A stretch of 62,495 nucleotides of DNA, filler included, from Rhabdomonas costata (Eukaryota): assembly GCA_019059605.1 (NCBI GenBank). It is 18 parts of 18 records of this genome, joined end to end, with 100 filler letters (N's around TTAATTAATTAA, not from the genome) between each part and the next. Parts side by side here need not be neighbours in the genome. Positions count along the whole stretch, not along the records: positions 1 to 3,359 come from JAHMHO010000928.1; positions 3,460 to 6,835 come from JAHMHO010000929.1; positions 6,936 to 10,307 come from JAHMHO010000930.1; positions 10,408 to 13,785 come from JAHMHO010000931.1; 14 more parts are not named here. One strand, 5' to 3'. Below are positions 1 to 12,025 of the stretch, piece after piece. Positions within the stretch are counted from its first letter, which is position 1; every line of letters starts with the position of its first letter. The position numbers and the translations under genes were made by a program. The notes beneath the pieces were generated by a model. The model was given only the letters and a program-made list of their open reading frames with translations, had not been told where the DNA came from and did not search any database.

Positions 1-2186
1 TGTTCATGTTAGTAAACCTGGCTGAGTGTGACTGGACCCGCGTGGCTTGTTCAGTAGTCAAATGAGGTAGCCCCCTTTGTGGGTGCCTTTTTTTAGGCTT
101 TGGTTTAGCTTCTTGCAGCGTTTCCCTTGCAGAAGGGCTGCGGCCTGGTGAGTTCTAAAAACCCGGCCCGAGGTGAATGGCTGATTGCATCACACATGCG
201 CTTCTGGCGATTGGTTTTGGTATCGCTGTAGACCTCAGATTTTGTCTGGTGCCTTTTGGAAAGGGGGGTGGTAATTGAGGTTTTCGGCGGTGAACCTTCA
301 CCTTCGCATGCGCAGCTCCCTCCCTCTTCCCCGTTTATGTTCATCTGTGTTGCTTTGCTGCCTCTTGCATGCTTATATGGTCTAAGTTGTTTTGGGTTGT
401 GGAACCAGATTTGGGAAGGTATGGATGAGAGTGGACAGATTCGAGATACGTGTGAGACTTTTGGAAAATTTCGGTCCACTCACATTTTACTCCGGTCAAG
501 CGGTGCCTTACTGGTGGACAGGGGAGGGGTTGTTGTGCTCCCCCTTCCCCCGTGCTTCGCTGGTCCCCCTTCCTCCAAAAAATTGTCGTGCTGCACCACT
601 CTCCGCGCGCCCCTTGTGCGTTCGCCTTTTCTGTGCTTTGCCCTCCTCTTCTCTCGTCTCCTGACACGAGGGCTTCTGTTCCCTCCAGGCAAGCGGCTGG
701 GCCTAAGGAAGAGGGAATTGTAGGAGGTTTCTCCTCCTTCAGTGCCTCTTCCGGCTGGCGCTCATCCGTCTCGTGTTTTCTCTTGGCTCAGTCCCAGTGC
801 CTAAAGTGGTATCTCCTCTTCCCCATCCCTTCACCTTTTTGGTGTATCACTGCTGTTTGGACCTGTCGGTGCTGCGATCCACCCACCGCTATCTATGAGG
901 GGAATCTCCTGTGTTGTACACGTTCACATACACGTTCCTTCTCGTTTTCACGCGCGTTTACCCTCCCAGCCAACACGCCCACGTGTTGTCCTGGTGGGAC
1001 GTTTCGGTTTCCCCTGCTGTGTCGTCTCCCACCTCGTCCACCACCACTTTTTCCCCCGACCAGGACACTTTTATTCGCAGTGCTTGTGGTTGCTTGCGGT
1101 TGAGGTTGGTGCAGGAAAGTTACGGGAGTCTTACTGTCAAAGCATGCTACGTCGTTAATTGTTAGCGTGTGGGTATTCGATTCTCCGGCACAACGTGTAC
1201 CTTGGTATTCGGGAAGAATCTGCCTTTCCCAGATTATCCATGGCTCGCCACGCCATGACTCCACCGATTTATTGAGCACCTTCATCCCAACCCGAGAAGG
1301 GAGGTCTTTGGTCGATTTTCGATGAATTGTGTTCACGAAGTCCAAGGCCTTGCAGACTACGAAGTGTCCATCGTCACCTCAGCTTTGCTCAGTTGAACTG
1401 ACGAAAGTGCTTTATAGCTTCTCGGTTGTGCGACTCGCAAAAGGATGTACCCGCTTCTTCGCGCGAGCGAACGAAGCCCGAGCCTATGTGGCACCAGTTA
1501 CAGACATGTGGCGCTGGGCCACAGCCTTTGGGTCATACATGATCTGAGAGGCGAAGGTCCTGCTGCTGCTGGTGTCTCAAGAGGTGGCCAACGTTACGCC
1601 AACGTTACCTGACTGGAGGTGTGGGATCCCAAGGTTGCGATGAGGGCTTGTCCTTGCCCTCGGATCTCGACGAAAAAAGTTTCGTTTTCCTCGAGTCCGT
1701 TTTTTTTTGCTCCTTTTTATCGTTAGTTTTGGAGTGGGGACATTCGCATGCCCAAAGTTTCTCTTTTGGACGGTCTCAACTCTTTGCCAAGCAACCTGCA
1801 CACACCTCATCGAACGGGATAGTGCTTGCCCGCAGAGGTGGCCAAAGCCGAGGCAATACCGCGTTGATCCCGAAAAGCTCTAGTGTCCCGCGCCGGTACC
1901 GGCAAGCTCACTCCCCGTTGCCTGTCCTCATGTACCCCACCAGGTGGTTACTGCTCATAACGAGACTGCAACTTTTGTTTGCCAGGTTTTCCAGGCAACG
2001 CCACTTCAAGTGTTCTCCGCTGTGTTGTCGACCCTGTGATTGAGTGGGTAGTTGGTAGCGAGTGGGTGTCTTAGCTGGCGCGAAGCGGTCGGGACATAGC
2101 TTTCCGCTTGTTTTCACCCACGTGCGCTTCGGGAGGAATCCCCTGTTGTTTGATCACGCTCGCTTGCTTGCAGTGCAACTGGATGA

Positions 2187-2233
2187 CTAGGCGGATGCTC
2201 CTGATCTGGGGCAGATCAGGAGCGTCCGCCTAG
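2187..2233. repeat. Hairpin: 22-bp inverted repeat with 3-nt loop
   Basis: CTAGGCGGATGCTCCTGATCTG-ggg-CAGATCAGGAGCGTCCGCCTAG, with one T:G wobble. Confidence 0.95.
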
Positions 2234-2410
2234 CCGTAGAGTGGATAGTGTTATTAATCGCATTCCCGTTAGTTCGTTCGTTCGTTTTGTTCTACTGACA
2301 CCCCTCTCCCCTTAAAAAACCTTTTCCATCATTAATTAGAAACTCTTGATTGTTTCTCCTCTGTCCCTTCCCAACTTTTTGTTTTGATCCTTTATCCGTG
2401 CCCCTGTAAG

Positions 2411-3340
2411 ATGGCGATCGCCCAAACCCTGGCTCTGGCCCTGGGACGCGAGCTCAGCCCGGACGAGGCGGACCTAACGCGGCAGCTTTCACCGCAAGGC
2501 ATAGCCAAGATCAACGCCGACCTCACCCAAGGTGTGTATATAAGGCAGGACTCCAAATGACGGGCCATAGGTTTTAATATAAAGAAATATAATTTAATAT
2601 AAAAAAGTCATTTGTCAGAAGGTGCCGAGTGGGAGCTGTGAAGCCGACCACACTGACGGGCACAGTCCAGGACAAGGACGATGCAATGAACATCCATCGA
2701 CACCGTTCGCACATCTCCGAATTAAAGGTTTCTATTGATTCCATAAGCTTGCCATCAAGCCAGGGTTTACGTATGTGTTCTATCTGTTTTGTGGGTCTGC
2801 AGATGTCAGATGTTCTTCAGATGTGGTGTGGTTTTGTGTTTTATTGTGTGGTGTATGTGGGCTTTTCGTTACTCACATAATATCAGCATTGTGACCAAAG
2901 GCGGCACGGCCGTCACACTCATTATACTAGGAGCCTTCAACTTCTCTCATCATAAATTTCAACGAATTATCGATGTCTTCTGTATCTTCATCATATTTTG
3001 TGCTTAAAACAAAGGGTCAGCGGTGTTCAAGCGGGCTGGTTTGCGCATGGTGACCCTCAAACATACCTTACAATCTCAAGTACAAGCCGCAGAAATAGAA
3101 CGAATTACTGTTCCAGAAAAGATCTGGATCCACCCACTTTCACCGCTCTTTGTTCTTTGGTCGTATTTGCTTTCGGGTGGTCGCTCCTCCCATCTTCCCA
3201 TTCTTCCTTTTCCCTTCCAGGAGCGAACCTGGAGCATAGCTTGGCCGAGTTGAAGCTGGTTCTCCAAGCCTATCTGAAGCGAAAAGCTCTGGCGGGGGAT
3301 GTCGTTCCTGCCCAGATGCACCGCGTAGTGAGGCAAATGA
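2411..3340 (+). CDS. Probable 5' exons of a hypothetical eukaryotic protein (partial)
   Basis: Pyrimidine tract and AG directly before ATG (MAIAQTLALALGRELSPDEADLTRQLSPQGIAKINADLTQ|gt). A further GC-rich exon follows cag at 3221 (ANLEHSLAELKLVLQAYLKRKALAG). No family recognised. Confidence 0.35.
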
Positions 3341-3359
3341 GGAGGAACGACACCCCCCC

Positions 3360-3459
3360 NNNNNNNNNNNNNNNNNNNNNNNNNNNNNNNNNNNNNNNNN
3401 NNNTTAATTAATTAANNNNNNNNNNNNNNNNNNNNNNNNNNNNNNNNNNNNNNNNNNNN
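3360..3459. other. Artificial contig linker (N44-TTAATTAATTAA-N44). Identical linkers start at 6836, 10308, 13786, 17390, 20860, 24328, 27793, 31260, 34763, 38234, 41701, 45167, 48638, 52104, 55569 and 59033
   Basis: The same 100-nt structure with an all-frame stop cassette occurs 17 times at about 3.4-kb spacing. Confidence 0.99.
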
Positions 3460-3650
3460 TTTTTTGGGGCATTGAACTCCTGAGAGGAGTCCGTTGGTCA
3501 GTTCTCGTCCTCCGGGTTCAGTACCCTTGAGTAAGACCTGTTCGGCTTATTGACAACACAGCGCTGGTAATGATGACTTTCGGCAAAGACAGCTGCTGTT
3601 CATCCCTCTGGTGCCCATCGGTGTGTCCCATCATTGGTGGGTGGTTGCAG

Positions 3651-4517
3651 GAGCAGCTGCAGCTGATTGAGCAACAGGCTGCGCGGGTGGCCGAGTTGCA
3701 GGCTCAGCTGCAGACGCATCAGCGGGCCCACCAAGAGGGTATCGCGCAGCTCACGGCGCAGCACAGCAGAGAGCTTGACCTTTTGCAGGTTCTTTTCCGA
3801 TTTTTTTACCCCGCCCTTCTTCACGGCGGACCGGCCGCTCTCGCCTGATGTGGTGTGTCCTTCATGGACGGTGATACACGAGAAGTGGAACAGAGAGAGA
3901 TAGAGCGTTGGTTGGGAACTGACGCGCGAACAAATTCATCCCCGCACGACCACTGATGCCCTCACATCGAAATCGCAGAGGAGGATGCAGAACAACCTCA
4001 AGCGTTGTGAATCATATCGAGTGAGTCCAGAAACGGCAAGCCCCCCCCCCCGGGGGGGATACCAGTGGATCTCACGAAACTGACCGAGCAGCCTCTGAGC
4101 CAAAGAGGATGCTCCCTCATTTCGCTACCATCAAGGATACAAGAATGCTGATTGACCAGCAGGGACCTCCCACGCCACCACTCTACAAGTGTTCCCACAC
4201 CACCCACCCCAAAGAATGAAGTGGTCTTTCATCACTTGTGCATTTGCTTTTTGGATTCCACGCTGACAAAAATTACCCTTTTGCCTCAAAGTTGGTGTGG
4301 AAGGTGAGGGTTATGTGACAATCTCTGATTTACAAAGGCTAAGTTTCAGCAAGCCCTCTCGAAGAAGGACAAGATGATTGCCGACCTTACCGCCACCGCC
4401 CACCAAGCCGAGGAGCGGGTGCAGCAGCTCGAGCTGGGCCTGCAACAGCTGGAGCCCAAACTGGTGCTGAGCCCTTCAGTCTCTAGCCTGCTAAAGTCCA
4501 CCGAATGGCTGGCCTGA
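3651..4517 (+). CDS. 3' exons (3651-3788, 4350-4517) of a coiled-coil protein
   Basis: Phase-0 GT-AG splicing joins EQLQLIEQQAARVAELQAQLQTHQ...LDLLQ to QALSKKDKMIADLTATAHQAEERVQQLELGLQQLEPKL...*. Heptad-like Q/E/L-rich sequence. Confidence 0.6.
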
Positions 4518-5656
4518 GCTCGCCAGTTTTCCCGGCTACGACAGCCAGTTCTCACTGCTGTTTGTATGCCGTCGTTTTTGATGTGCCGGGTTGAGATGCC
4601 TTTCAAAACGCTTCCTCAACCTCTCGCTGCACAACCCATCAGACCTCCTAAGTGTTTTCCCGCTCTTTGAGGAAGGTCCGCGGCAAAGCGAAGGACTCCC
4701 TTCTGTCGTTTGCTCTGCTGCCGGTTGCCATTTGTTTTTTTTTGTTCTCTCCATGTGGGCTCGTGATCTGTTGCCAGCTTTTTTTCTTTGCTTCCTGTGG
4801 ATAGTTTGCTCTAGATGTCAATAGAACTGCCGCTACTGAACTCTCACCCTGTGCGAGTTTGGCTGTGGGTGAAGGTGCAGAACGTACAATAACATGTTGA
4901 CTGTGCCGTACCTCCAGACACTCCAGGACGCAAGGCAAGGTTCTTGCAACGTCTGCATTTCCGTAAAAAGACGAAATATGTTGCGTGTACTATTCTCGTG
5001 ATCTCTCACGTGATCTGAGGCAGATCTCGGGTCTCACATTCTGGCGGACACAGATGTGTGTCTGATGATTCTCGAGAAGTGAAAAGTGATGTTATATAGC
5101 TCCCCTTTATTGTGTTTGTGCGAGCAGTCGGACACGAATTCTTCATTCAGGCAACCTTCCTTTAAAGGCCAGTTATCTTTTTTAGAAGGCTTGCAACGTG
5201 AAGAGATAAATGAATGAAAGGAATAGTTGTCAGAGAACAAGGTGAAACATATGAGGTTAGACTTCGCAGTTTCACAGTGTAATTTCACCGCTTCGGTTGC
5301 ATTTGGAATCGAAATAGCAAGCTGTTAAAATCACTGGGGCTGGGCTGTTTGTATTTATACGGCGCTCTCGTTGCCCTTTGCAAACCCGCTGAAAAATTCT
5401 AAATCTTGTTCTGAGTGTGATTATTTTTTTTCGGTTTGGTTCCCTGACGAAGCTTTGCTGTTCTACTTTTTCTTGGTGGTGTAAAAGCCGTCTAAGTAAA
5501 GGAAACCTGTCTCTCAATTCTGCAGCTGTTTTCCTGACATCTCCCCCACCCCTTTTCCTGTGCCTCTTGTGTTTTCTTGATACTCATAACGGACCGAACC
5601 TCTTCGAAGCGCTTTTGGTGGATTTCTCAGCTAGCCTTCTTGGCTACTTCTCAGGG

Positions 5657-6720
5657 ATGCAGTGCGTTGTCTGCTTCTCCGTTGGAGCACACGTCGCCTG
5701 CACTCGATGCGGAGAAATGGCTCATTTTCATTGCTCCTCCCATGGAGTGTGCATGAAGTGCAACCCCTTGGCAAAAGCTGTCACTGCGGATGGGGATGTG
5801 GAGATTACCTCGTATGCGCCTCTCTGTGTGCTCTCCTGCCTTGTTGCAGGAGATCGCTCTTTTGCGGAGTCCTTCCAGGCGGACTGCTGGCCTTTTCGCA
5901 TCATCGATCAAGGGGATCAAGGGGAAAGGGGTAAGTGGTTAAATGGGCAGGGAAGGCGGCTGGATAGTGACGGCTTACTGTGGAGGGTCATCCATTCCAA
6001 TGGCGAAAAGCTGATGACTACATAAGTACTGGACTAGAGCAATGACAGAGACCTGATGGCAACCTCTGAATTCATGGGTCCTGGGTGTGCACTGGGAAGG
6101 CACGTTTGGAAGGAGCTTATCAAATCCACAGTCGTACAATCCTGTGCCTGGCTGCCGTTATTTCTTGTATAAAAAAGGGGGGGCTTCTCAAATCCTGAGG
6201 AAGAGCCTCAGGATGGTCCGAGAACATCGGTTTGTAGTTGCCCTTGAGGGGTTTCACGAGTCACCTTTGGGCCTTGTGTGTGAGCCTTCCCTAGCCTTAC
6301 CGGACTTTTAACCGAAATTTCATCCTCGTCCATTCGGCTACCAGGTGAACCCGGTAACCAGCGTGTATACAAGGAGAGAAAGTGCATTGCCCTGAAGATG
6401 ACTTTGCCAGCCGCCTTGGTTTTCATAGTGGCATCTCTCCACCGGATTGAGTTCCTTTGCGGGTGCGGTTATGGCCTTTTTGTTCCCTGGTGACCCTTAA
6501 CAGAGACTTTGCGGAGTTTAGCAGAGTCCCCGAGGTTCAGTACGGTAACCCCGAGTACGACCCGGCTGCCCACAAGCGCGTCGAGGAGGCCGGGATGCTC
6601 CCTCTGGTGGTGCCGAAGAGGGTGAAGTCTCCCACTCGTCAACCCCCGCCTGGCGATGAGGTTCTTCAGCCCAACGCAAAACACGGAAAATGCAAAGCCA
6701 TGCCCTCAATCCTCAGATGA
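5657..6720 (+). pseudogene. PHD/RING-like zinc-finger ORF followed by disrupted coding-like sequence
   Basis: MQCVVC-x8-CTRC-x4-HFHC-x5-CMKC has C4HC3 spacing. Downstream coding-like segments (6087-6311, 6457-6720) lie in different frames separated by stops. Confidence 0.45.
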
Positions 6721-7537
6721 TAGGCAGTAATTGTGATCTCCTCTGAATCATAAAATTATCGTCCCCTGCCCGACTGATAACACACTCCACTCCACTTACC
6801 CACTTGTGTATAACCCACTCTAACCTCCTATGTGGNNNNNNNNNNNNNNNNNNNNNNNNNNNNNNNNNNNNNNNNNNNNTTAATTAATTAANNNNNNNNN
6901 NNNNNNNNNNNNNNNNNNNNNNNNNNNNNNNNNNNGTGGGGGGTTGGTACATCGATTCGTATTTTTGCCCTAAATTCAATTCCTAAAAAAAAACTCTTAC
7001 AATGCGCATTTCTCGCGGATTCCAGAATCTCAAAAATTCACGAAATTCGTATTTCGTTCCGCTAACATTTTCGAGATTCGAGATTCGTATTTCTTGACGT
7101 CACTCCACAGCTCTGCCTTTGGGCAGCCCGCGTCGCTCTTGCCACGCGGATTCTGTGGAAGTTTGTGGTGAGTGGGACCCGCTTTACAAGACTATTATTA
7201 TACTATTACTATTACAAGACTATTTAAGAACTGAGGAAACGCTGCCTGCGAAATTGGTTGCATTAGCTCCAGGGAAGCCTCGACTTCTCCATTGCTGCAC
7301 AACAATGCGCACGCTTTCCCCTTTTTCATCGCTCGAAGCGTGTGGTTTCTGTAATACTCTTGAACTCATTGAAGAAGAGCAAAGCTGACTCTCCGAAAAA
7401 AAAAGCTATGATTAAAACCCGTCACACCCACAGGGAGGTGTAAGGAACTTAGTCACAAGCATGGGCAAGAGCATGAGTTCACACTCGGTTCCGGGTGTTT
7501 AACAGAGAGTTTTGCTCCGCAATCAAAGCGAGAGAAG

Positions 7538-8971
7538 CTAAAAAAAAATCCCCATGTACACTGGTTCCCTATTCTTGGGGTACTGAGAATGTAGCAGCGG
7601 CAAGAGCGAGATGCAACTCCAGGTCTTCGAGATCTCAGGGTGATCGGGGCCCAGGTGCATCTTTTGAATCCTCAGGCACTCCATTTCCAGAGCCTCGCAC
7701 TTGGAATAGTCAACCTTTTCTAACGAAAGGTGAGCTTGGACAAGCTGGCGCAGTGTGGCTGCTACCTGAGTGTGGTCGTTGCCAAAGGTCTGCCTTTGAA
7801 TCTTCAGGGCTTCCTCGAACAGCGGCTCCGCGGTGGTGAAGTTGCCTTGTTTCGAGAACTCGGTCGCAAGATCGCGAAGGCATTGGGCAACCGTTGGGTG
7901 AGCGATTCCGAAGTGCCTCCGCAGGATCCCCAACCCCTCCCCAACCAGCGGCTCGGCTTCGGGATACTTTCCTTGGACGCCGTGGTGAACTGCGTAGTCC
8001 AGAAGGGTCAAAGCAAGGTCTGGATGATTGCTGCCGAGCTTCTCTCTAAGAATCCGTATAGAACCTCTGAAGTGCGGCTCCGCGGCGGCATGATTGCCTC
8101 GATTGCTCAAAGCAAGGCCAAGTCTCTGCAGAGTCACCCCAACGGCTGGGTGGTCGCCACCGAACTGCTGCCTCTGCATCTTCAAAGTGTTCTCAAGTTG
8201 CAGCTCCAGAGGCAAACCACCTCCGGGTCCCACAGGTTCCACAGGCCCCATGGGTCCCGTGGGTCCCATTGCAGCTTGCATGGGTCTTATAGGTCCTATT
8301 GGCATTGGCCCCATAGGTCCCGTGGGTCCCATTGCAGCTTGCATGGGTGTTATAGGTCCCATTGGCCCCATAGGTCCCGTGGGTCCCATTGCAGCTTGCA
8401 TGGGTGTTGTAGGTCCCATTGGCCCCATAGGTCCTGTGGGTCCCATTGCAGCTTGCATGGGTGTTATAGGTCCCATTGGCCCCATAGGTCCCGTGGGTCC
8501 CATCGACGGTACAGGTGAGCTTGTGAGGTGGGAAGAAGGTGTGAATTGGGACTGCGGGGCCAAACTGAAGGTGCTGGGGGGTTGAGCAGGCATAGAGCCA
8601 GGGGTAAATATAGCCCCAGAAATGGGCTGGGATTGGCTTGAGAAGGGGAATACCGCTGACGAGGGAGGCTGGGTTGGCGCAGGGTGCGGAGTGAAACCCG
8701 AGGTTGTGGAAGCGATATTAGCAGAGGAGAGGAAACCAGAGAAGGGCAACCCAGAGGTAGACAAGCCCGCGGACCCTGTCGCCGATGCACTGGGAAAGAC
8801 AGAGGGTGTTGTGGAGGGGAAAGAGGAGATGACGGCAGTGGCTGCGACATCCTGGGGGGGAAATGTGGGAGGGAATTGTGGCACTGGGTTTATTGAAAAA
8901 GGCGCGGGGTTAGACCCTGAGAAGGAGGGCAGCGCTACGGCAGGACTTGTGGTGAAAGCAGGGGATGTCAT
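7538..8971 (-). CDS. TPR-repeat protein (kinesin light chain/nephrocystin-3-type TPRs) with a Ser/Pro-rich N-terminus and collagen-like GPX repeats
   Basis: Uninterrupted ORF with repeated 'G.DHP.VA..L..L' and 'G.Y.EAEPL..E.L.I' units. Likely start MTSPAF at 8971; the ORF is open back to 9064. Confidence 0.85.
   Translation of the reverse strand: MTSPAFTTSPAVALPSFSGSNPAPFSINPVPQFPPTFPPQDVAATAVISSFPSTTPSVFPSASATGSAGLSTSGLPFSGFLSSANIASTTSGFTPHPAPTQPPSSAVFPFSSQSQPISGAIFTPGSMPAQPPSTFSLAPQSQFTPSSHLTSSPVPSMGPTGPMGPMGPITPMQAAMGPTGPMGPMGPTTPMQAAMGPTGPMGPMGPITPMQAAMGPTGPMGPMPIGPIRPMQAAMGPTGPMGPVEPVGPGGGLPLELQLENTLKMQRQQFGGDHPAVGVTLQRLGLALSNRGNHAAAEPHFRGSIRILREKLGSNHPDLALTLLDYAVHHGVQGKYPEAEPLVGEGLGILRRHFGIAHPTVAQCLRDLATEFSKQGNFTTAEPLFEEALKIQRQTFGNDHTQVAATLRQLVQAHLSLEKVDYSKCEALEMECLRIQKMHLGPDHPEISKTWSCISLLPLLHSQYPKNREPVYMGIFF
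8250..8503 (-). repeat. Coding minisatellite, 57-nt unit (MGPTGPMGPMGPITPMQAA), about 4.5 copies
   Basis: 57-nt period visible (TGGGTGTT at 8344, 8401, 8458); one unit is 60 nt. Confidence 0.95.
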
Positions 8972-9296
8972 CGTTGTTGACGTGATTGGTGCATAAGAGT
9001 TGGAAACGAACATTTTGCAATGTGCCCCCCCCCAAAAAAAAACAAGAGAAAACCGCTGATGCAATCCAACCCAAGCATTCTGGTTTCACACACACACACA
9101 GTTCAGCATATCTCTCCCCTCTTGAAGGGGTCAATGTCCCAATAAAATCTTCGCAGATCCCCGCGAACTATCCCAATGTTGATTTTTTGTTGCGCCTTTT
9201 CTTCGTCGAAATCACTTACAAAAGCACGTTGTTCACACGAAGAGGCTTCTTGTGGAAGAAGGCACTGGGACATCAAAATGACACACACAAACCAAA

Positions 9297-9346
9297 CAAT
9301 GTTACTTCTTGGGGCCTTCTTACGAACGCCCCAAGAAGTAACATTG
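9297..9346. repeat. Perfect 19-bp inverted repeat with 12-nt spacer
   Basis: CAATGTTACTTCTTGGGGC ... GCCCCAAGAAGTAACATTG. Confidence 0.95.
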
Positions 9347-9918
9347 GTAACACATGGGGCAATAACACAGCGGCTCCGTCCCGGAAAAGAACGCACAATG
9401 CAATGCGACGGTCCAGACCATAGCCTGTTCAACTCATCTCAATAAGATTACTTTTAAGTTAAATATGTTTGTTTGATTTGAATTGAGGGCTTTCCGCTAA
9501 AAGTGCAAAGTGTGCCTGAATTTTCTGTTTCTTTGCCCATAGCGTCGCTACGCACCGTGCTAATCGCAAGATTGCAGCAATACTAACTTTCGTCGAAAGG
9601 CCGTCGAAAAGGCAAATCCAGAACCATTTTGGCATTGCCCTGCAACCGCGGTCGCGGAAGGTGAAAACGGTGCCTGGGAAGTTACTTCAGCAGCCGGAAA
9701 CTTTTTGTCGTGAAGCCCAAACAAACCATACGAGAAATTAAGAAAAAAACCATAAAACAATCTGACTTCAGTGGGCTTCAGTGGGTTTCAGGATATAAAT
9801 ATCCGATTCCAGTCTAAAATGAAGAGCAAATAAATCCACGGGTCATTAATAAACACCTGATCCCATGGCACTGATGTTCGGACGCACTTTGAGCGAAGAA
9901 GCCCTGCATTCTAACAAC

Positions 9919-10042
9919 AACAATTTCTTTCCTTGTCTCAAGTTCAGTGAATACGGAAAATAAAGATGTCGATAATTGGCAACAATTTCTTTCCTTGTCT
10001 CAAGTTCAGTGAATACGGAAAATAAAGATGTCGATAATTGGC
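9919..10042. repeat. Perfect 62-bp tandem duplication
   Basis: AACAATTTCTTTCCTTGTCTCAAGTTCAGTGAATACGGAAAATAAAGATGTCGATAATTGGC occurs twice. Confidence 0.95.
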
Positions 10043-11035
10043 ATAACGAAGTCAGCCGAGGCTCTCCGAAGGATGCACAAAAGAAAGGACACAAATTTCG
10101 ACATCATGACTGAAGTTCAAGAAAATAAACTTACTATCAGGGAACCACAATTCAAAAGCAGCGGACAGGAACATATGTATACAACTGAGAGCGCGCACCG
10201 CTCTTGGGGAAGAAGCTACAGCAGATCCACAACGACAACAACAAAAACAACAACAACAACAACAAACAGGCACAATCGAAAGCCCGAATTATATCCGAAA
10301 AAACACANNNNNNNNNNNNNNNNNNNNNNNNNNNNNNNNNNNNNNNNNNNNTTAATTAATTAANNNNNNNNNNNNNNNNNNNNNNNNNNNNNNNNNNNNN
10401 NNNNNNNGGGAAAAGGGAGGAGGGGTGCGCAACCCAACCCGACGGGGGGCGTTCGACATTTACACTCTTACGAATCCTCCATGCAACAAACGAACTCGTA
10501 ATCTAAACTAAAACAGCCAGGAGCTGGGTGCTGGTGGTGTGGTTCACTGCCATAAAAAAAACAGCAGAAAAAGAACCAGAGGCCTCGGCAACTGTCTCCT
10601 GGCATTTCATATTCATTTCCCTCATTCCACCACAATTCAACCATACACATGCACGCAAGAAGTCAACACGATAAATATAACGTCAAACGTGCTGAAACTG
10701 TGAAACTGTCGACGATACAGGACCCGAAGCTCTGTTTTAATGCGACAGATCGGGATCACGACCACGGCAACGTTTCTCTCATCCACCAGACAAACCGATA
10801 GCAATAGAAGTTCAAGTTGAGTAGCATATGAAAATCAGGAATTTGCGGGGCAAGCAGTACTTATCAGTAAGCACTTGATTTCGATCAAATAAACAGCAAA
10901 ACAAACAAGTAACATGCTTTCTGGTCTTCGCTAATGTTCACCGGTACCTTTTATTATTTTAGGAAAGGTACCGTACAAATGTATTGTTTTCTCACACTCA
11001 CAGGTCTTTCGTTCCGTTTTCACTGACCTGAAAGA

Positions 11036-11754
11036 ATGCAGCACTCGTACGAGAAGCGAAAGAACAATTTGGAAAAGCTTCGTCTCGTAGGGATAAAAGA
11101 AGGAGTCATGATGCAGTTATTTGACAACCCAATGGCTGACCTGGGGCTCGACTGCGTGATCCTTCACGCAGTATTTGGGTCAGTCGAGCTGGAAATGGCA
11201 ATGGCGAAGGCTGTCCAAGAGCGCAAATTCAGAAAAACGACAGAAGCCGTGAAGCGCACGTTGACCAAGAGCATTTTCGTGATGGACAGCGTGGGGGATA
11301 CCGCCATAGTCAACCTGGAGGCACGGGAGACCTTCAGGGAGCTCGCTGGACACGGAGATGTTCCAAGCTGGCCAATGTGTGTGTGTTCGCGCACATAATC
11401 TTCCCTTCTCGTATAAAATGCGAAGAAAAAAGTTCTCACTTCAGTGCCAATACATATTTGTTCCACATTGCAGGCATTGTCCTGTACTTCCGTACCGAAG
11501 GCGATGCGTGGCTTGCCACGGACATGAACGTCATCGAGGTAAAGCCTGGAGACCTCCCCATCGCTCTTCATGCAGAAGTGGAGAACTTCGACCCGTTCCG
11601 GAAAGGCCGGAATTCCCTCTTCCAAGGAAGCACTCTCAGCAGCGCTGATCCACAACTGCGAGGTTTTGGGGGTTCATCTCCGGCAAGACGCACACCTACT
11701 GGGGCTGCGCAAACCCAAGGTGCGAAGGGCTATTCCCTTTCACCTCCTCGGTAA
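11036..11754 (+). CDS. Hypothetical protein exons upstream of the USP-like domain
   Basis: ATG ORF MQHSYEKRKNNLEKLRL..., then a GT...cag intron-like stretch and GIVLYFRTEGDAWLATDMNVIEVKPGDLP. No family recognised. Confidence 0.35.
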
Positions 11755-12025
11755 AGGCCTGTCCACACTGCCCCGGGTATGCAAAATTTGATTTTTAGTA
11801 TAGGTATATTCTCACTTTCACTTTCAGAGTAACCCCACCAACCTTTTCAATAAACAGGAACTACATTGGACACCAGTGGTTCGCACACTGGACGATGCTA
11901 CTGAAGAGCCCTGATGAAGAGACCAATGAATACGTGTTCATGGGTCGCCGAGCTCTCTCCTACCTCTCCGGACCATGGGCAGTGCAAGGGTCCGAGGAAC
12001 CCCTCCCACAAGAAATTAACGAAAG

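Noticed and set aside
893..2117. Possible integrase or recombinase remnant on the minus strand
   Set aside because: Only vague resemblances (ALDFV, WRGEPWII). No convincing catalytic motif set could be read.
3404..3415. Regularly spaced TTAATTAATTAA palindromes as a CRISPR-like or regulatory array
   Set aside because: They are embedded in N runs and are artificial linkers. For the same reason, adjacency across linkers carries no biological meaning.
7730..8585. Plus-strand ORFs with HWPHRSRGSHCSLHG and GPIGPVGPIAAC repeats
   Set aside because: They are antisense shadows of the minisatellite in the TPR gene.
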